Below are positions 38,765 through 47,792 of a DNA stretch of 64,000 bases, piece after piece. This DNA is from Chitinophagales bacterium. Lineage in GTDB: Bacteria > Bacteroidota > Bacteroidia > Chitinophagales > JADJOU01. Positions within the stretch are counted from its first letter, which is position 1; every line of letters starts with the position of its first letter. The notes below the pieces were generated by a model, which had not been told where the DNA came from, did no database searches, and saw nothing but the letters and a program-made list of their open reading frames with translations. The stretch is taken from assembly GCA_040383345.1 (NCBI GenBank), contig JBEIDU010000005.1, positions 1,196-65,195 of the forward strand, read 5' to 3'. A program made the translations under genes and the position numbers.

Positions 38765-39375
38765 TTGAACGTCATTTTTTTGAATAGAAATAGAAGTTCA
38801 CTATTTTTTCTTGGATCGATACTGTTTTCAGCTTTTTCAAAAAGAGCTATTTCAAAAGCGAAATTAAATAAATTTCTGTACTCAGCCTCATTGCCTCCAA
38901 ATGGCGGGCCTGAATCAAAGGTTCTGTTGAATAACAATCCCATTAAAACACCATTCGTGTTCAATAATTGATGCATTTTCCATAGATATTTTGTTCGCCA
39001 TTGTGGAGGAATTGCACAAAAAAAAGTTTGTTCTATTATTACATCAAAATAAGCATCAAGTTTGAAAAAATCCCCATGTATAATTTTTACATTTGTATTA
39101 TCTTTGAATTTATCTATCAAAATATCACAAGCTGATTCAGAAATATCTATCAATGTAATATTTGTAAAACCTTTTGAAAGTATGTATTCTGCCTCGTATG
39201 CAGATCCGCATCCCGGTATTAATATGGATGCATCTTTATTGTTAATGGTATCTATAAGCGATGCTATAGGGGGACTTACGTGCCCTATATCCCATCCAAT
39301 GGTATTACTCTTCCATTGTTCATCCCAAAACTTTTCGTCCAAAGGTTTTTCACATACTGTTATACAACAATTCAT
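38743..39375 (-). CDS. TPMT-family (thiopurine/halide/chalcogen) SAM-dependent methyltransferase
   Basis: FWDEQWKSNTIGWDIGHVSPPI, followed by ILIPGCGSAYEAEYILSKGFTNITLIDISE. ~210 aa. Confidence 0.7.
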   Translation of the reverse strand: MNCCITVCEKPLDEKFWDEQWKSNTIGWDIGHVSPPIASLIDTINNKDASILIPGCGSAYEAEYILSKGFTNITLIDISESACDILIDKFKDNTNVKIIHGDFFKLDAYFDVIIEQTFFCAIPPQWRTKYLWKMHQLLNTNGVLMGLLFNRTFDSGPPFGGNEAEYRNLFNFAFEIALFEKAENSIDPRKNSELLFLFKKMTFKFLDIIL

Positions 39376-39393
39376 ATAATCTCTAAAATTTCT

Positions 39394-39401
39394 ACAAAAG
39401 T
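39394..39401 (-). promoter_or_regulatory. -7 box TACTTTTG on the minus strand
   Basis: The plus strand reads CAAAAGTA, 18 nt upstream of the methyltransferase ATG at 39375. Confidence 0.4.
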
Positions 39402-39501
39402 AATTTATTTAATGAAATAAATAGGTAACTTTTGTAGCATTTATATGCTATTTGTAGAAATATGATATTTAAATTATCCATCTAAGTTGACAATAATTTA
39501 G

Positions 39502-39509
39502 TAACTTTG
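39502..39509 (+). promoter_or_regulatory. -7 box TAACTTTG
   Basis: Exact TAnnTTTG match, 20 nt upstream of the accA ATG. Confidence 0.45.
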
Positions 39510-39529
39510 CAATCCTTAAAATTAATCTT

Positions 39530-40510
39530 ATGGAAAAGAGCAACGAGAGTATGCCTATTCAATATCTTGATTTTGAATTGCCAATAAAGGCTATTAATGA
39601 TCAAATTGAAGAATTGAAAGAAATGGAGAAGAAAACTCAGATTTCGATGGAAGACAAAATTAAAATTTTGGAACTACAATTGGAAGATGAGAAAATTAGA
39701 TTGACAAAAGAATTGACTACTTGGCAAAAAGTACAATTATCGAGACATCCCAATAGACCATATACCGTATTTTATGCCGATAAAATTGCAGATAGTTTAA
39801 TTGAATTGCATGGCGATAGAAATGTAAAGGATGATAAAGCCATTGTATGCTATATGGCCAAAATTGATGGAAAATCAGTAATGATCATTGGCCATCAAAA
39901 AGGAATCAATACAAAAATGCGTCAATATCGAAATTTTGGAATGCCCAATCCAGAAGGCTATCGCAAAGCATTAAGAATGATGAAAATGGCTGAAAAATTT
40001 AATATTCCAGTTGTAACTTTTATAGACACCCCAGGTGCTTTCCCCGGCATAGAAGCCGAGGATAGAGGACAGGCGGAGGCTATTGCCCGCAATTTGTTTG
40101 AAATGACAAAATTGCGTGTACCGGTTTTGTGCTATGTTATTGGAGAAGGCGCTTCGGGCGGTGCATTGGGTATAGGCGTTGGGGATAAAACATTCATGCT
40201 TCAAAATACTTGGTTTACAGTTATTTCTCCTGAATCTTGTAGTAGTATCTTATGGAGAAGTTGGGAGCATAAAGAACGTGCTGCTGAAGCTTTAAAATTG
40301 ACACCAGAAGATAATTTGAATAATGGATTGATAGATGAAATTGTACCGGAACCTGCAGGAGGCGCTCATCACAAGCCGGAAGAGATGGCTACAACATTGA
40401 AGCATCATATTTTAAAAAATCTAGAGTCTTTGGAAAAGATATCTCCCGATAAGCGAATTGAAAATAGAATAGAAAAGTATAGCAAAATGAGTACGGCCAT
40501 AGAAATTTAA
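39530..40510 (+). CDS. accA: acetyl-CoA carboxylase carboxyltransferase subunit alpha
   Basis: LSRHPNRPY, FIDTPGAFPGIEAEDRGQAEAIARNL and GEGASGGALGIG. Confidence 0.9.
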   Translation: MEKSNESMPIQYLDFELPIKAINDQIEELKEMEKKTQISMEDKIKILELQLEDEKIRLTKELTTWQKVQLSRHPNRPYTVFYADKIADSLIELHGDRNVKDDKAIVCYMAKIDGKSVMIIGHQKGINTKMRQYRNFGMPNPEGYRKALRMMKMAEKFNIPVVTFIDTPGAFPGIEAEDRGQAEAIARNLFEMTKLRVPVLCYVIGEGASGGALGIGVGDKTFMLQNTWFTVISPESCSSILWRSWEHKERAAEALKLTPEDNLNNGLIDEIVPEPAGGAHHKPEEMATTLKHHILKNLESLEKISPDKRIENRIEKYSKMSTAIEI

Positions 40511-40514
40511 TTCA

Positions 40515-41039
40515 ATGTGGGATAGTATAAAGTTATTTTTTTTCAATAATAGAATTCAGAAAGATTTAGTATCTAATAAATCTATCAGACAAATGATTAA
40601 TCTGAATGATGCAAAAAAGATAGGAATTGTATTTGATGCAACGAATTATAATGATATCAATGTAATTCACGATTTTAAAAATATAATGCGAGGCGCCGGC
40701 AAAGAAGTAGAAATATTTGGATATATAAATTCAAATGAGAAAAAAGATGAATTTTTCTTAATGACTAACAAAAATTTGAATTGGTATGGATATCCTACAA
40801 AACATCAGGCTTTTGTATTTGCCAAAAACAATTTAGATATTCTATTTGGTATATATAGCGATTCTAAATCTCCCTTAAATGCTATTTTTGCCAACTCAAA
40901 TGCCAAGTTGAGAATTGGAACCTTTGAAAATCATAAAATAGATTTATTTGATGTAATGGTTGGAGTCAAGAAAGAGTCGAATGCTAAAAATATAATAAAA
41001 GCATTAACTGATTTTTTAATACAAGTAAAAACAAAGTAA
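40515..41039 (+). CDS. hypothetical protein (between accA and dapA)
   Basis: 174-aa ORF tightly packed in a co-directional gene run. I recognise no motifs. Confidence 0.45.
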   Translation: MWDSIKLFFFNNRIQKDLVSNKSIRQMINLNDAKKIGIVFDATNYNDINVIHDFKNIMRGAGKEVEIFGYINSNEKKDEFFLMTNKNLNWYGYPTKHQAFVFAKNNLDILFGIYSDSKSPLNAIFANSNAKLRIGTFENHKIDLFDVMVGVKKESNAKNIIKALTDFLIQVKTK

Positions 41040-41050
41040 AAATTATATAA

Positions 41051-41929
41051 ATGAATCAAGATTTAATTGGCTTAGGTGTGGCCTTAATTACACCATTTGA
41101 CAAGTCGGGAAAAGTAGATTTTGAAGCGTTAAACAAGATCGTGAATAAGTGTATAAAAGGGAAGGTTAATTATTTTGTTGTTTTAGGTACAACAGGCGAG
41201 ACACCTACTTTGAATAAAGATGAAAAGCAAGAAATATTAAAATTTGTAGCAGAGATTACAAAAGGTTCTATTACTTTAGTAGCTGGTTTTGGTGGAAATA
41301 ATACACATGAAATATGTGAAGATTTGAAAACTTATGATTTAACAGGCTACAGTTATATATTATCGGCGAGTCCTTATTACAATAAGCCAAACCAGGAAGG
41401 TATTTTCCAACATTACAAAACAATAGCAAAATCAAGTCCATTACCCATTATTTTATATAATGTTCCTGGAAGAACTGCATCTAATATACTTCCTGAAACT
41501 ACATTGAAATTAGCAAGAGAAGTAGATAATATTGTAGCAATAAAAGAAGCCAGTGGTAATTTAGATCAATGTATGAAATTGGTGAAAAATAAACCAAAAG
41601 AATTTATTGTATTAAGTGGCGATGATAATTTGGTTGTATCTCAAATGGCTATTGGCGTTCAAGGTTGTATCTCTGTTATTGGAAATTTATTGCCCGATGA
41701 GTTTTCTAAAATGATTCAACATTGTTTGAAAAATGAATTTGAACTAGCTCGTGAAACTCAATTAAAACTATTGGATATAATAGATTTGATTTTTGAAGAG
41801 GGAAATCCTGTAGGAATTAAAGCAGCTATGAACCTCCAAAATTTGTGTATGGATACTGTGCGACTCCCTCTAGTAAAAGGCTCCTCGAACTTGAGAGATA
41901 AAATCAAAAAAGTTTTGATTCAAATTTAA
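41051..41929 (+). CDS. dapA: 4-hydroxy-tetrahydrodipicolinate synthase
   Basis: GVALITPF, LGTTGE, YNVPGRT and IKEASG motifs. Confidence 0.9.
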   Translation: MNQDLIGLGVALITPFDKSGKVDFEALNKIVNKCIKGKVNYFVVLGTTGETPTLNKDEKQEILKFVAEITKGSITLVAGFGGNNTHEICEDLKTYDLTGYSYILSASPYYNKPNQEGIFQHYKTIAKSSPLPIILYNVPGRTASNILPETTLKLAREVDNIVAIKEASGNLDQCMKLVKNKPKEFIVLSGDDNLVVSQMAIGVQGCISVIGNLLPDEFSKMIQHCLKNEFELARETQLKLLDIIDLIFEEGNPVGIKAAMNLQNLCMDTVRLPLVKGSSNLRDKIKKVLIQI

Positions 41930-41961
41930 TTTGACTATATTTGTTCCAAATTTTTTTTGTT

Positions 41962-43095
41962 ATGAAACAAATAATGACCTTGGTCCTTTTCGTTATTTCA
42001 ATATCGGTAGTTTTCGGTCAAACTAGATTTGAAAACTATCAATTACCTGTTCCAGGACAGATAGATACTGTATTATCTTCAAATACGAATAGTGCGCAAG
42101 TTCTAGGTTCAGGTAATCAAAATTTTGATTTAACTACTGCCTCGTCTACCATCCAAACACCTATTCGATATGAATTGGTATCAAATAATACATCATTCCC
42201 AAATGCCAATATAAAAACGGATTTAGGAAATGGATTAGGAACAATTTACTTAGAAAAAACACAAAATGATTTGCTTGTAAGAGGCCTATCTATTAATGCA
42301 GGTCTTTTCCCATTGAGTTTTGTAATGAAAGGTAATCTTAAATATTTAACGGCTCCTTTGTATCATAATATGCCCATAAATACATCCACAGATAAAGCGA
42401 GTATTTATTTGCCAGGAACCTTGATTCCTGACTCTCTTATTAGTACCCTTTTAGGAAGTCAATTGCCCAATGGTGCCACCGCTACAATTGATTCTATAGA
42501 AATTAGGCTCACAATTACTTCCAATTTATCCGCAGATGCTTTTGGCAAAATAGCTACGCCTGTAGAAACAAATGTAAATTGTTTAAGAGTGTTAAGAGAT
42601 TTAATATTTAAAATAGGTGTTTATCCTAAAGGTAAAATTAAATTTGGTGCCTTTTCATTACCTATACCTGAAATTGATTTAGCCAACTTTCTATTAGCTC
42701 AAGCGCCTATTCCTATTCCTTCCAATTTGAAATCCCATATCTTTTTTGCACCTAATTCAAAACCTGAAGTAGCTACTGCAACATTGGATTCAACCATGAA
42801 ATCATATACCTCGATTAATTATAGAAAATCAAGCAAAGCCGTTTCTGGAATTACTTCAAGTTTTAATACATCTATAGAAATGGTGTTCAGAAATAATATT
42901 GCTGAAATTTCTTGTAAAGATAATACGCCCAAATTAGTTTCTCTTTATAATACTTTGGGACAAAAAGTTTTAGATTTTACCTGGAATTCTCATGATACTC
43001 GTATTGATTTGAATGACCAAAAATCAGGCATCTATTTTCTAATTATTCAAGAAAATGGAAAGGATAAAATCGATTATAAACTATATAGACCCTAG
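41962..43095 (+). CDS. secreted protein with T9SS type-A C-terminal sorting domain
   Basis: Signal peptide MKQIMTLVLFVISISVVFGQ. The C-terminus is SLYNTLGQKVLDF...GIYFLIIQENGKDKIDYKLY. Start set at the ATG at 41962. Confidence 0.65.
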   Translation: MKQIMTLVLFVISISVVFGQTRFENYQLPVPGQIDTVLSSNTNSAQVLGSGNQNFDLTTASSTIQTPIRYELVSNNTSFPNANIKTDLGNGLGTIYLEKTQNDLLVRGLSINAGLFPLSFVMKGNLKYLTAPLYHNMPINTSTDKASIYLPGTLIPDSLISTLLGSQLPNGATATIDSIEIRLTITSNLSADAFGKIATPVETNVNCLRVLRDLIFKIGVYPKGKIKFGAFSLPIPEIDLANFLLAQAPIPIPSNLKSHIFFAPNSKPEVATATLDSTMKSYTSINYRKSSKAVSGITSSFNTSIEMVFRNNIAEISCKDNTPKLVSLYNTLGQKVLDFTWNSHDTRIDLNDQKSGIYFLIIQENGKDKIDYKLYRP

Positions 43096-43097
43096 AG

Positions 43098-43559
43098 ATG
43101 GACGCTCGAAAACTCGCTGCAAAATTTCCTGAAGTATATAAAATCTTAAATGATTTTATGATGGATAAGAATATGCGAAAAACGGGTGAACGCTATTATT
43201 TGATTTTAAAAATTTACGAACAAAAAGATCATTTTGATGCAGAAAAATTATATAAAGTAATTCAAAAAGAAGAACGAAATATTAGTTTGGCAACAGTTTA
43301 CAACTCTTTAGAGTTATTTTTGGAGTGTGGATTGGTTATTAAACACAATTTTGGTCAAAACCTTTCTTTGTATGAAAAATCATATGGACACAAACAGCAC
43401 GACCATTTTATATGCAAAAAATGCAAGCAAATAACCGAATTTTGCGACCCACGATTATATCAAATTAAAAAATCTTTAGAAGAAATTTTAAATGTAAAGG
43501 TAGATTCGCATAGCCTTTATTTATATGGATTCTGTTCCAATCCCAAATGTAAAGTATAA
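43098..43559 (+). CDS. fur: Fur-family transcriptional regulator
   Basis: ISLATVYNSLELF winged-helix region, plus HHDHFICKKC...C metal-binding motifs. It starts 2 nt after the upstream gene. Confidence 0.8.
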   Translation: MDARKLAAKFPEVYKILNDFMMDKNMRKTGERYYLILKIYEQKDHFDAEKLYKVIQKEERNISLATVYNSLELFLECGLVIKHNFGQNLSLYEKSYGHKQHDHFICKKCKQITEFCDPRLYQIKKSLEEILNVKVDSHSLYLYGFCSNPKCKV

Positions 43560-43760
43560 ATATTAAGAGTTTTTACAAACCAATTTTGGCAGATTTTTTT
43601 TTATATATTTTACTTTTCTATTTATTTAGAAATAGATTTAATAGTTTTTATAATAAAAAGTGTTTACAAATGTTAAACAATGTTGTAAAACCTTTTTATT
43701 TAGTTACAAAAGAAAAGCTATAGTTTTCTTTGTCTTTATTATTTACAAAAAAATAAAGTT

Positions 43761-44420
43761 ATGAAAAAAACTAAGAACACGTTTTATCCATTTTTCTCAA
43801 AAATGGTAGGAGTCTTTTTTATCTCCATAATGCTGGCATCCAATGCCCATGCTCAATGCACCAAAAGTGGAACTACTACGTACAATGCTGTAGTCACACC
43901 CGCCAATATTTCTAATACCACCTTTAATGGCGATGTCGTCATTTCAGGGGGAATCGTAAATTTTTCAGGAACAATACGAATGAAAAAGGACGCATTTATT
44001 AGAGTAATGCCCGGTGCTACACTCAATATCAATAATGCCACTATTACTACTGCTACAGGATGTGGAACTAATACGTGGCAGGGTATAGAAGTAGCTACCA
44101 GCACTGCAAATAGGTTTATTGCTATGGGCTATGTAAATGTGCAAAACAGTACTATCGAAAAAGCCCAAATAGCCATTATGAATTATAGCAAAACCCTTTC
44201 TTATGCCTCTTTTAAAACGGGTATGATTAATTGCGACAAAGCTACTTTTAAAAACAATTGGATGGATTTATTGATAAAAGAAGAGTATATAGCACGCTCC
44301 ATGTTTGGGATACGACAAGAAATTACCAATAGTACCTTTATCAATGATGATATGTCATATGTTCCTTCTACCAACTTTCCACTAAACTATTTTTCAAATG
44401 GAATTTTTTTAAATAGCTAA
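43761..44420 (+). pseudogene. 5' fragment of a split T9SS cargo gene (signal peptide + beta-helix-like repeats, no sorting domain)
   Basis: Signal peptide FFISIMLASNAHAQ and repetitive N.T(F/I).N beta-helix-like segments. It ends at TAA 44418-44420. The next ORF's frame opens at 44413. Confidence 0.5.
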
Positions 44421-44436
44421 TATTCCAGCTATAGCA

Positions 44437-46170
44437 ATGAACAATACAAGTAAAAATATTAGAGCATGCAACTTTAGCTCTTCTATTTATTTTAAGAAGA
44501 CCGCTATATTGCTCAATGATGCGAGTGCTAACATTACCAGCAATACCTTTATACAAAATTATACAGGTATAGAAACCCATAGGATAGAAACCAATAAATC
44601 CAGCTGGATAGAAGCTAACTCATTCTTGAATAATTGTTCCTTTGATATTTTAGTAAACGCTGTAAATGGAAATACCATGATAGGTAATAAATTTACCCAA
44701 ACTTTTAGGTATCAAAATGTACCGGGCGTACCTAATTGTGTAGATAAAAGTTTTCTTAATGTTTATGGAGCCGCAAATAATAATGGTATAGAGCGCAGCG
44801 TTACCAATGGGTATTTGGGACAGCCTCACTTTCTATATAGATTTGCTGGTACGGCCAATCAGCAAGTGAATAATAATAGTTTTACTAATCCTATTTTTAC
44901 TTCGGCTTTTATTCATTCCGATGGCGTACACTATTCTTTGAATGGCAAAGCAGAACAAGGACTGGCTATCAACTGCAATACCTTTAATGGTTCCAATCAA
45001 AATGGCTATACCGCCTATAATGGTGGTGTACGAAGAATCCAAGCCGACTACAATGCAGGGACTATCTTAGCCGCCGCAGGCAATACCTTCTCTGCCTCCA
45101 ATACCTCTAGACTCCATATAGACAACGATGCTAAGAACAAAGCCGTAGCCCATACATACTACTACGATGGACTGCCTACTGCCTCCAATCGTAAATATCC
45201 CGCTAAGGTGAGTCCTTTGGTAAAGTTAATAAATAATAAAACAAATCAATGTGCGAGTATCGTACCTCGTTCGCTGGATGGCATGGTGGCGTGGAATCCT
45301 AATGCCAAAGCCCTAGTAGAAGCCGCCCGAACAGAGGTGAGCCAGCTGCTAGAGTCCAAAAAACAAGAATTTGCACAGAGTGCTACCGTGTCTGAAGAGG
45401 TATTGGAAAATCAAAAAGCACAGCTAACGGTGATAAAGGCACAAAAAGACTATCTAACTCAGTGGCTCATAGCAGGTATGTATAAGCTAGCCGTAGAAGG
45501 CGAAGAGCTAGACCGCACCCTCCTACACCAGCTGTATAGAAGCTACGAACATCCAGCGGGGATCTACGCTATAGTACAAGACCAGATTGACTACCGCGAG
45601 TACGAGGCAGCCTTTGCTACCTTGGCATCCATTCCTGCTACATTTACCTTGTCTATAGAAGAGCTAGCCCAGCATACCGATTTGGTAGCATTCTACACCC
45701 TCTTGCGCACCCTCTATACACAGGACAAGACCATTATGGACGTAGATGCTAGCCAAAAAGCGCAGCTCCAGCAGTGGGCCGCTAGAGAGGCAGGCGAAGC
45801 CAAATACAGAGCGTGCAATTGGCTCAATATGCTAGAAAAAGGGAGCTGTATGATTTCTTATCCTATATACGCTACTGCCGAAGAGCCCATCCCTTCTATC
45901 GAACGCACCGATATAGGCATAGCCTTGTACCCAAATCCTGCTACCACCTCTATGCAGGTAGATATTTCTCTGCCGGTAGATATAGCAGCCGCACAGTGGG
46001 TAGCATACTCTATGGAAGGCAATACGATGGCTAGCTATCCTGTAGTAGCAGGTACGCAGGCACTCACTATTGCTACGGCTACCTATCCGCAGGGATTGTA
46101 CTATTATCAGCTCAAGCTGGCGGATAATACCGTGCTCAAATCGGGTGCTTTTATGGTGAATAAAGAATAG
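44437..46170 (+). pseudogene. 3' fragment of the split T9SS cargo gene (beta-helix-like repeats, helical region, type-A sorting domain, no signal peptide)
   Basis: No signal peptide. The repeat style continues (NITSNTFIQN, NSFLNN, NNNSFTN). The C-terminus is IALYPNPATTSMQVDIS...GLYYYQLKLADNTVLKSGAFMV. Confidence 0.5.
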
Positions 46171-46196
46171 CAAAAAAAAAAACAATAATTTGATTT

Positions 46197-46237
46197 GAAT
46201 GCTCATAGCATCCATCTGTGAGCATTCATTTTTTTTT
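46197..46237 (+). terminator. rho-independent terminator
   Basis: gaatgctca (46197-46205) pairs with tgagcattc (46219-46227), a perfect 9-bp stem. It is followed by aTTTTTTTTT. Confidence 0.7.
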
Positions 46238-46285
46238 AAAGTTAGAAAAATTGAATTATATTTGTATCACTATAAAATAAAGCCT

Positions 46286-47791
46286 ATGTACCTAAGAATA
46301 TTCCTCATACTCGTAGCTATATCCTTCAGCATAGCCAATGCCCAATCGTATAACAAAAAGTATGTGTACAGCGGTAGAATTACCCAGCTATACAATATTG
46401 TCAATAAAAATGACACACCTGTAGTCAATGGATGGACGACCAATGATGAGAGTCCTTTTAGTGGTGTTACTCCTCTATTGTTAAAGTTACGTCCAGATGG
46501 TTCTATCTATCAATTGTTCCAACAAAAATTGGACGACTTCTTTGATGTATTTGCTCAGGAGGCTTTTATGATTAATTCAAAAAATAACTTTATATTATTA
46601 GGGAATGCCAATACTAGTGAAAGAAGGTTTTTCTTTGAAATTGACAGTAATTTTGTCTTAAAAAGAAAAAACAATATTTCTATAAATGATAAACAAAAAA
46701 CCAATTATGAAAATATAGTAGAATATAAAAATAGATATTATGTATCAGGTTCAAATTATGTAGAAGCTACCAAAAATTTAGATTTTATGTATTTCAAATT
46801 AGATACTACAGGAAAAGAATTGTGGGGCAAAAAGATACCTGTAGCCAATAGCAATGAGTTATCGGGAGGTATTGTAGCGTTGCGGAATGGAAATATTGGG
46901 ATGACTTTTTTTTCGGAACTCTATAAATGCGACCCTTTTACCTTTGAAGCATCCTTTACCTATGTAGAGATAGATACCAACGGAGTCATTAAAAAAAATA
47001 TAAAAAATACAAAGGACAAAATTACGGTATCAAAAGGATTGATAGAACTGGATAATAATAATTTTTTGATTTGTGGGAGTGCCCCTTTTTATTATTGCCT
47101 CAGCAAGACAGAACCCATTTATCGCAAACAAGCATATCTAGCCCGTGTAGACGGACAAATGAATGTACTATGGGAAAAAAAGATAGGACAGCCAAGCACT
47201 ATACCTACATTTAGAAAAATTATCAAGCTACAAGACGGCACTTTTTTAGCCATAGGCACTACCTATGATTACAATCCTGCCAATGACTATGGCAGAGTAT
47301 CGGGTCTTTTATTAAAATTTGATGAATGGGGCGGTGTAGTATGGGAAAAAAAATATCAAATAGCGTATGACAATATTAGAAATGATAATTTTCTCAACGA
47401 TGCTGTAGAAATGAGCAATGGCGATATTGTAGCATGTGGACATATAGATGAGTCCGAGCTGCTACCTGCTGGAGAATATGCTCAAAAAGGCTGGTTGCTG
47501 CGAGTAGATAAGAATGGCGAAATCAAAGAAAACCAAATAATAGAAGGGCAAAAAAGCCAAATTGAAATCTATCCCAATCCCTTTGACCATCAATTGACCA
47601 TAAAGCATTCTTTGGAGGCAAAAAAAGCCATATTGTACACTCTCATGGGACAGCAGCTCAAGGAAATTATCCTAAAAAAAGAAGAAACCGTGGTGGAAAT
47701 AGATAAGAATTTATCCAAAGGAAATTATTATCTGCTCTTTGAAGATGCTAATGGTAATATACTAGAAAAGAAAAAAATAATAAAAAAGTAA
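46286..47791 (+). CDS. secreted protein with T9SS type-A C-terminal sorting domain
   Basis: Signal peptide MYLRIFLILVAISFSIANAQ. The C-terminus is IEIYPNPFDHQLTIKH...GNYYLLFEDANGNILEKKKII. Start moved from 46199 because the terminator lies inside that extension. Confidence 0.7.
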   Translation: MYLRIFLILVAISFSIANAQSYNKKYVYSGRITQLYNIVNKNDTPVVNGWTTNDESPFSGVTPLLLKLRPDGSIYQLFQQKLDDFFDVFAQEAFMINSKNNFILLGNANTSERRFFFEIDSNFVLKRKNNISINDKQKTNYENIVEYKNRYYVSGSNYVEATKNLDFMYFKLDTTGKELWGKKIPVANSNELSGGIVALRNGNIGMTFFSELYKCDPFTFEASFTYVEIDTNGVIKKNIKNTKDKITVSKGLIELDNNNFLICGSAPFYYCLSKTEPIYRKQAYLARVDGQMNVLWEKKIGQPSTIPTFRKIIKLQDGTFLAIGTTYDYNPANDYGRVSGLLLKFDEWGGVVWEKKYQIAYDNIRNDNFLNDAVEMSNGDIVACGHIDESELLPAGEYAQKGWLLRVDKNGEIKENQIIEGQKSQIEIYPNPFDHQLTIKHSLEAKKAILYTLMGQQLKEIILKKEETVVEIDKNLSKGNYYLLFEDANGNILEKKKIIKK

Positions 47792-47792
47792 T

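Noticed and set aside
45813-46215. Overlapping ORFs 45813-46034 (+) and 45832-46215 (-)
   Set aside because: They lie within the GC-rich patch of the sorting-domain-bearing ORF. High GC suppresses stop codons in the alternative frames, and the products are Arg/Tyr-rich nonsense-like sequence.
46199-46285. N-terminal extension of the 46199-47791 ORF
   Set aside because: The extension contains the terminator hairpin and T-run at 46197-46237. The Met at 46286 begins a proper signal peptide.
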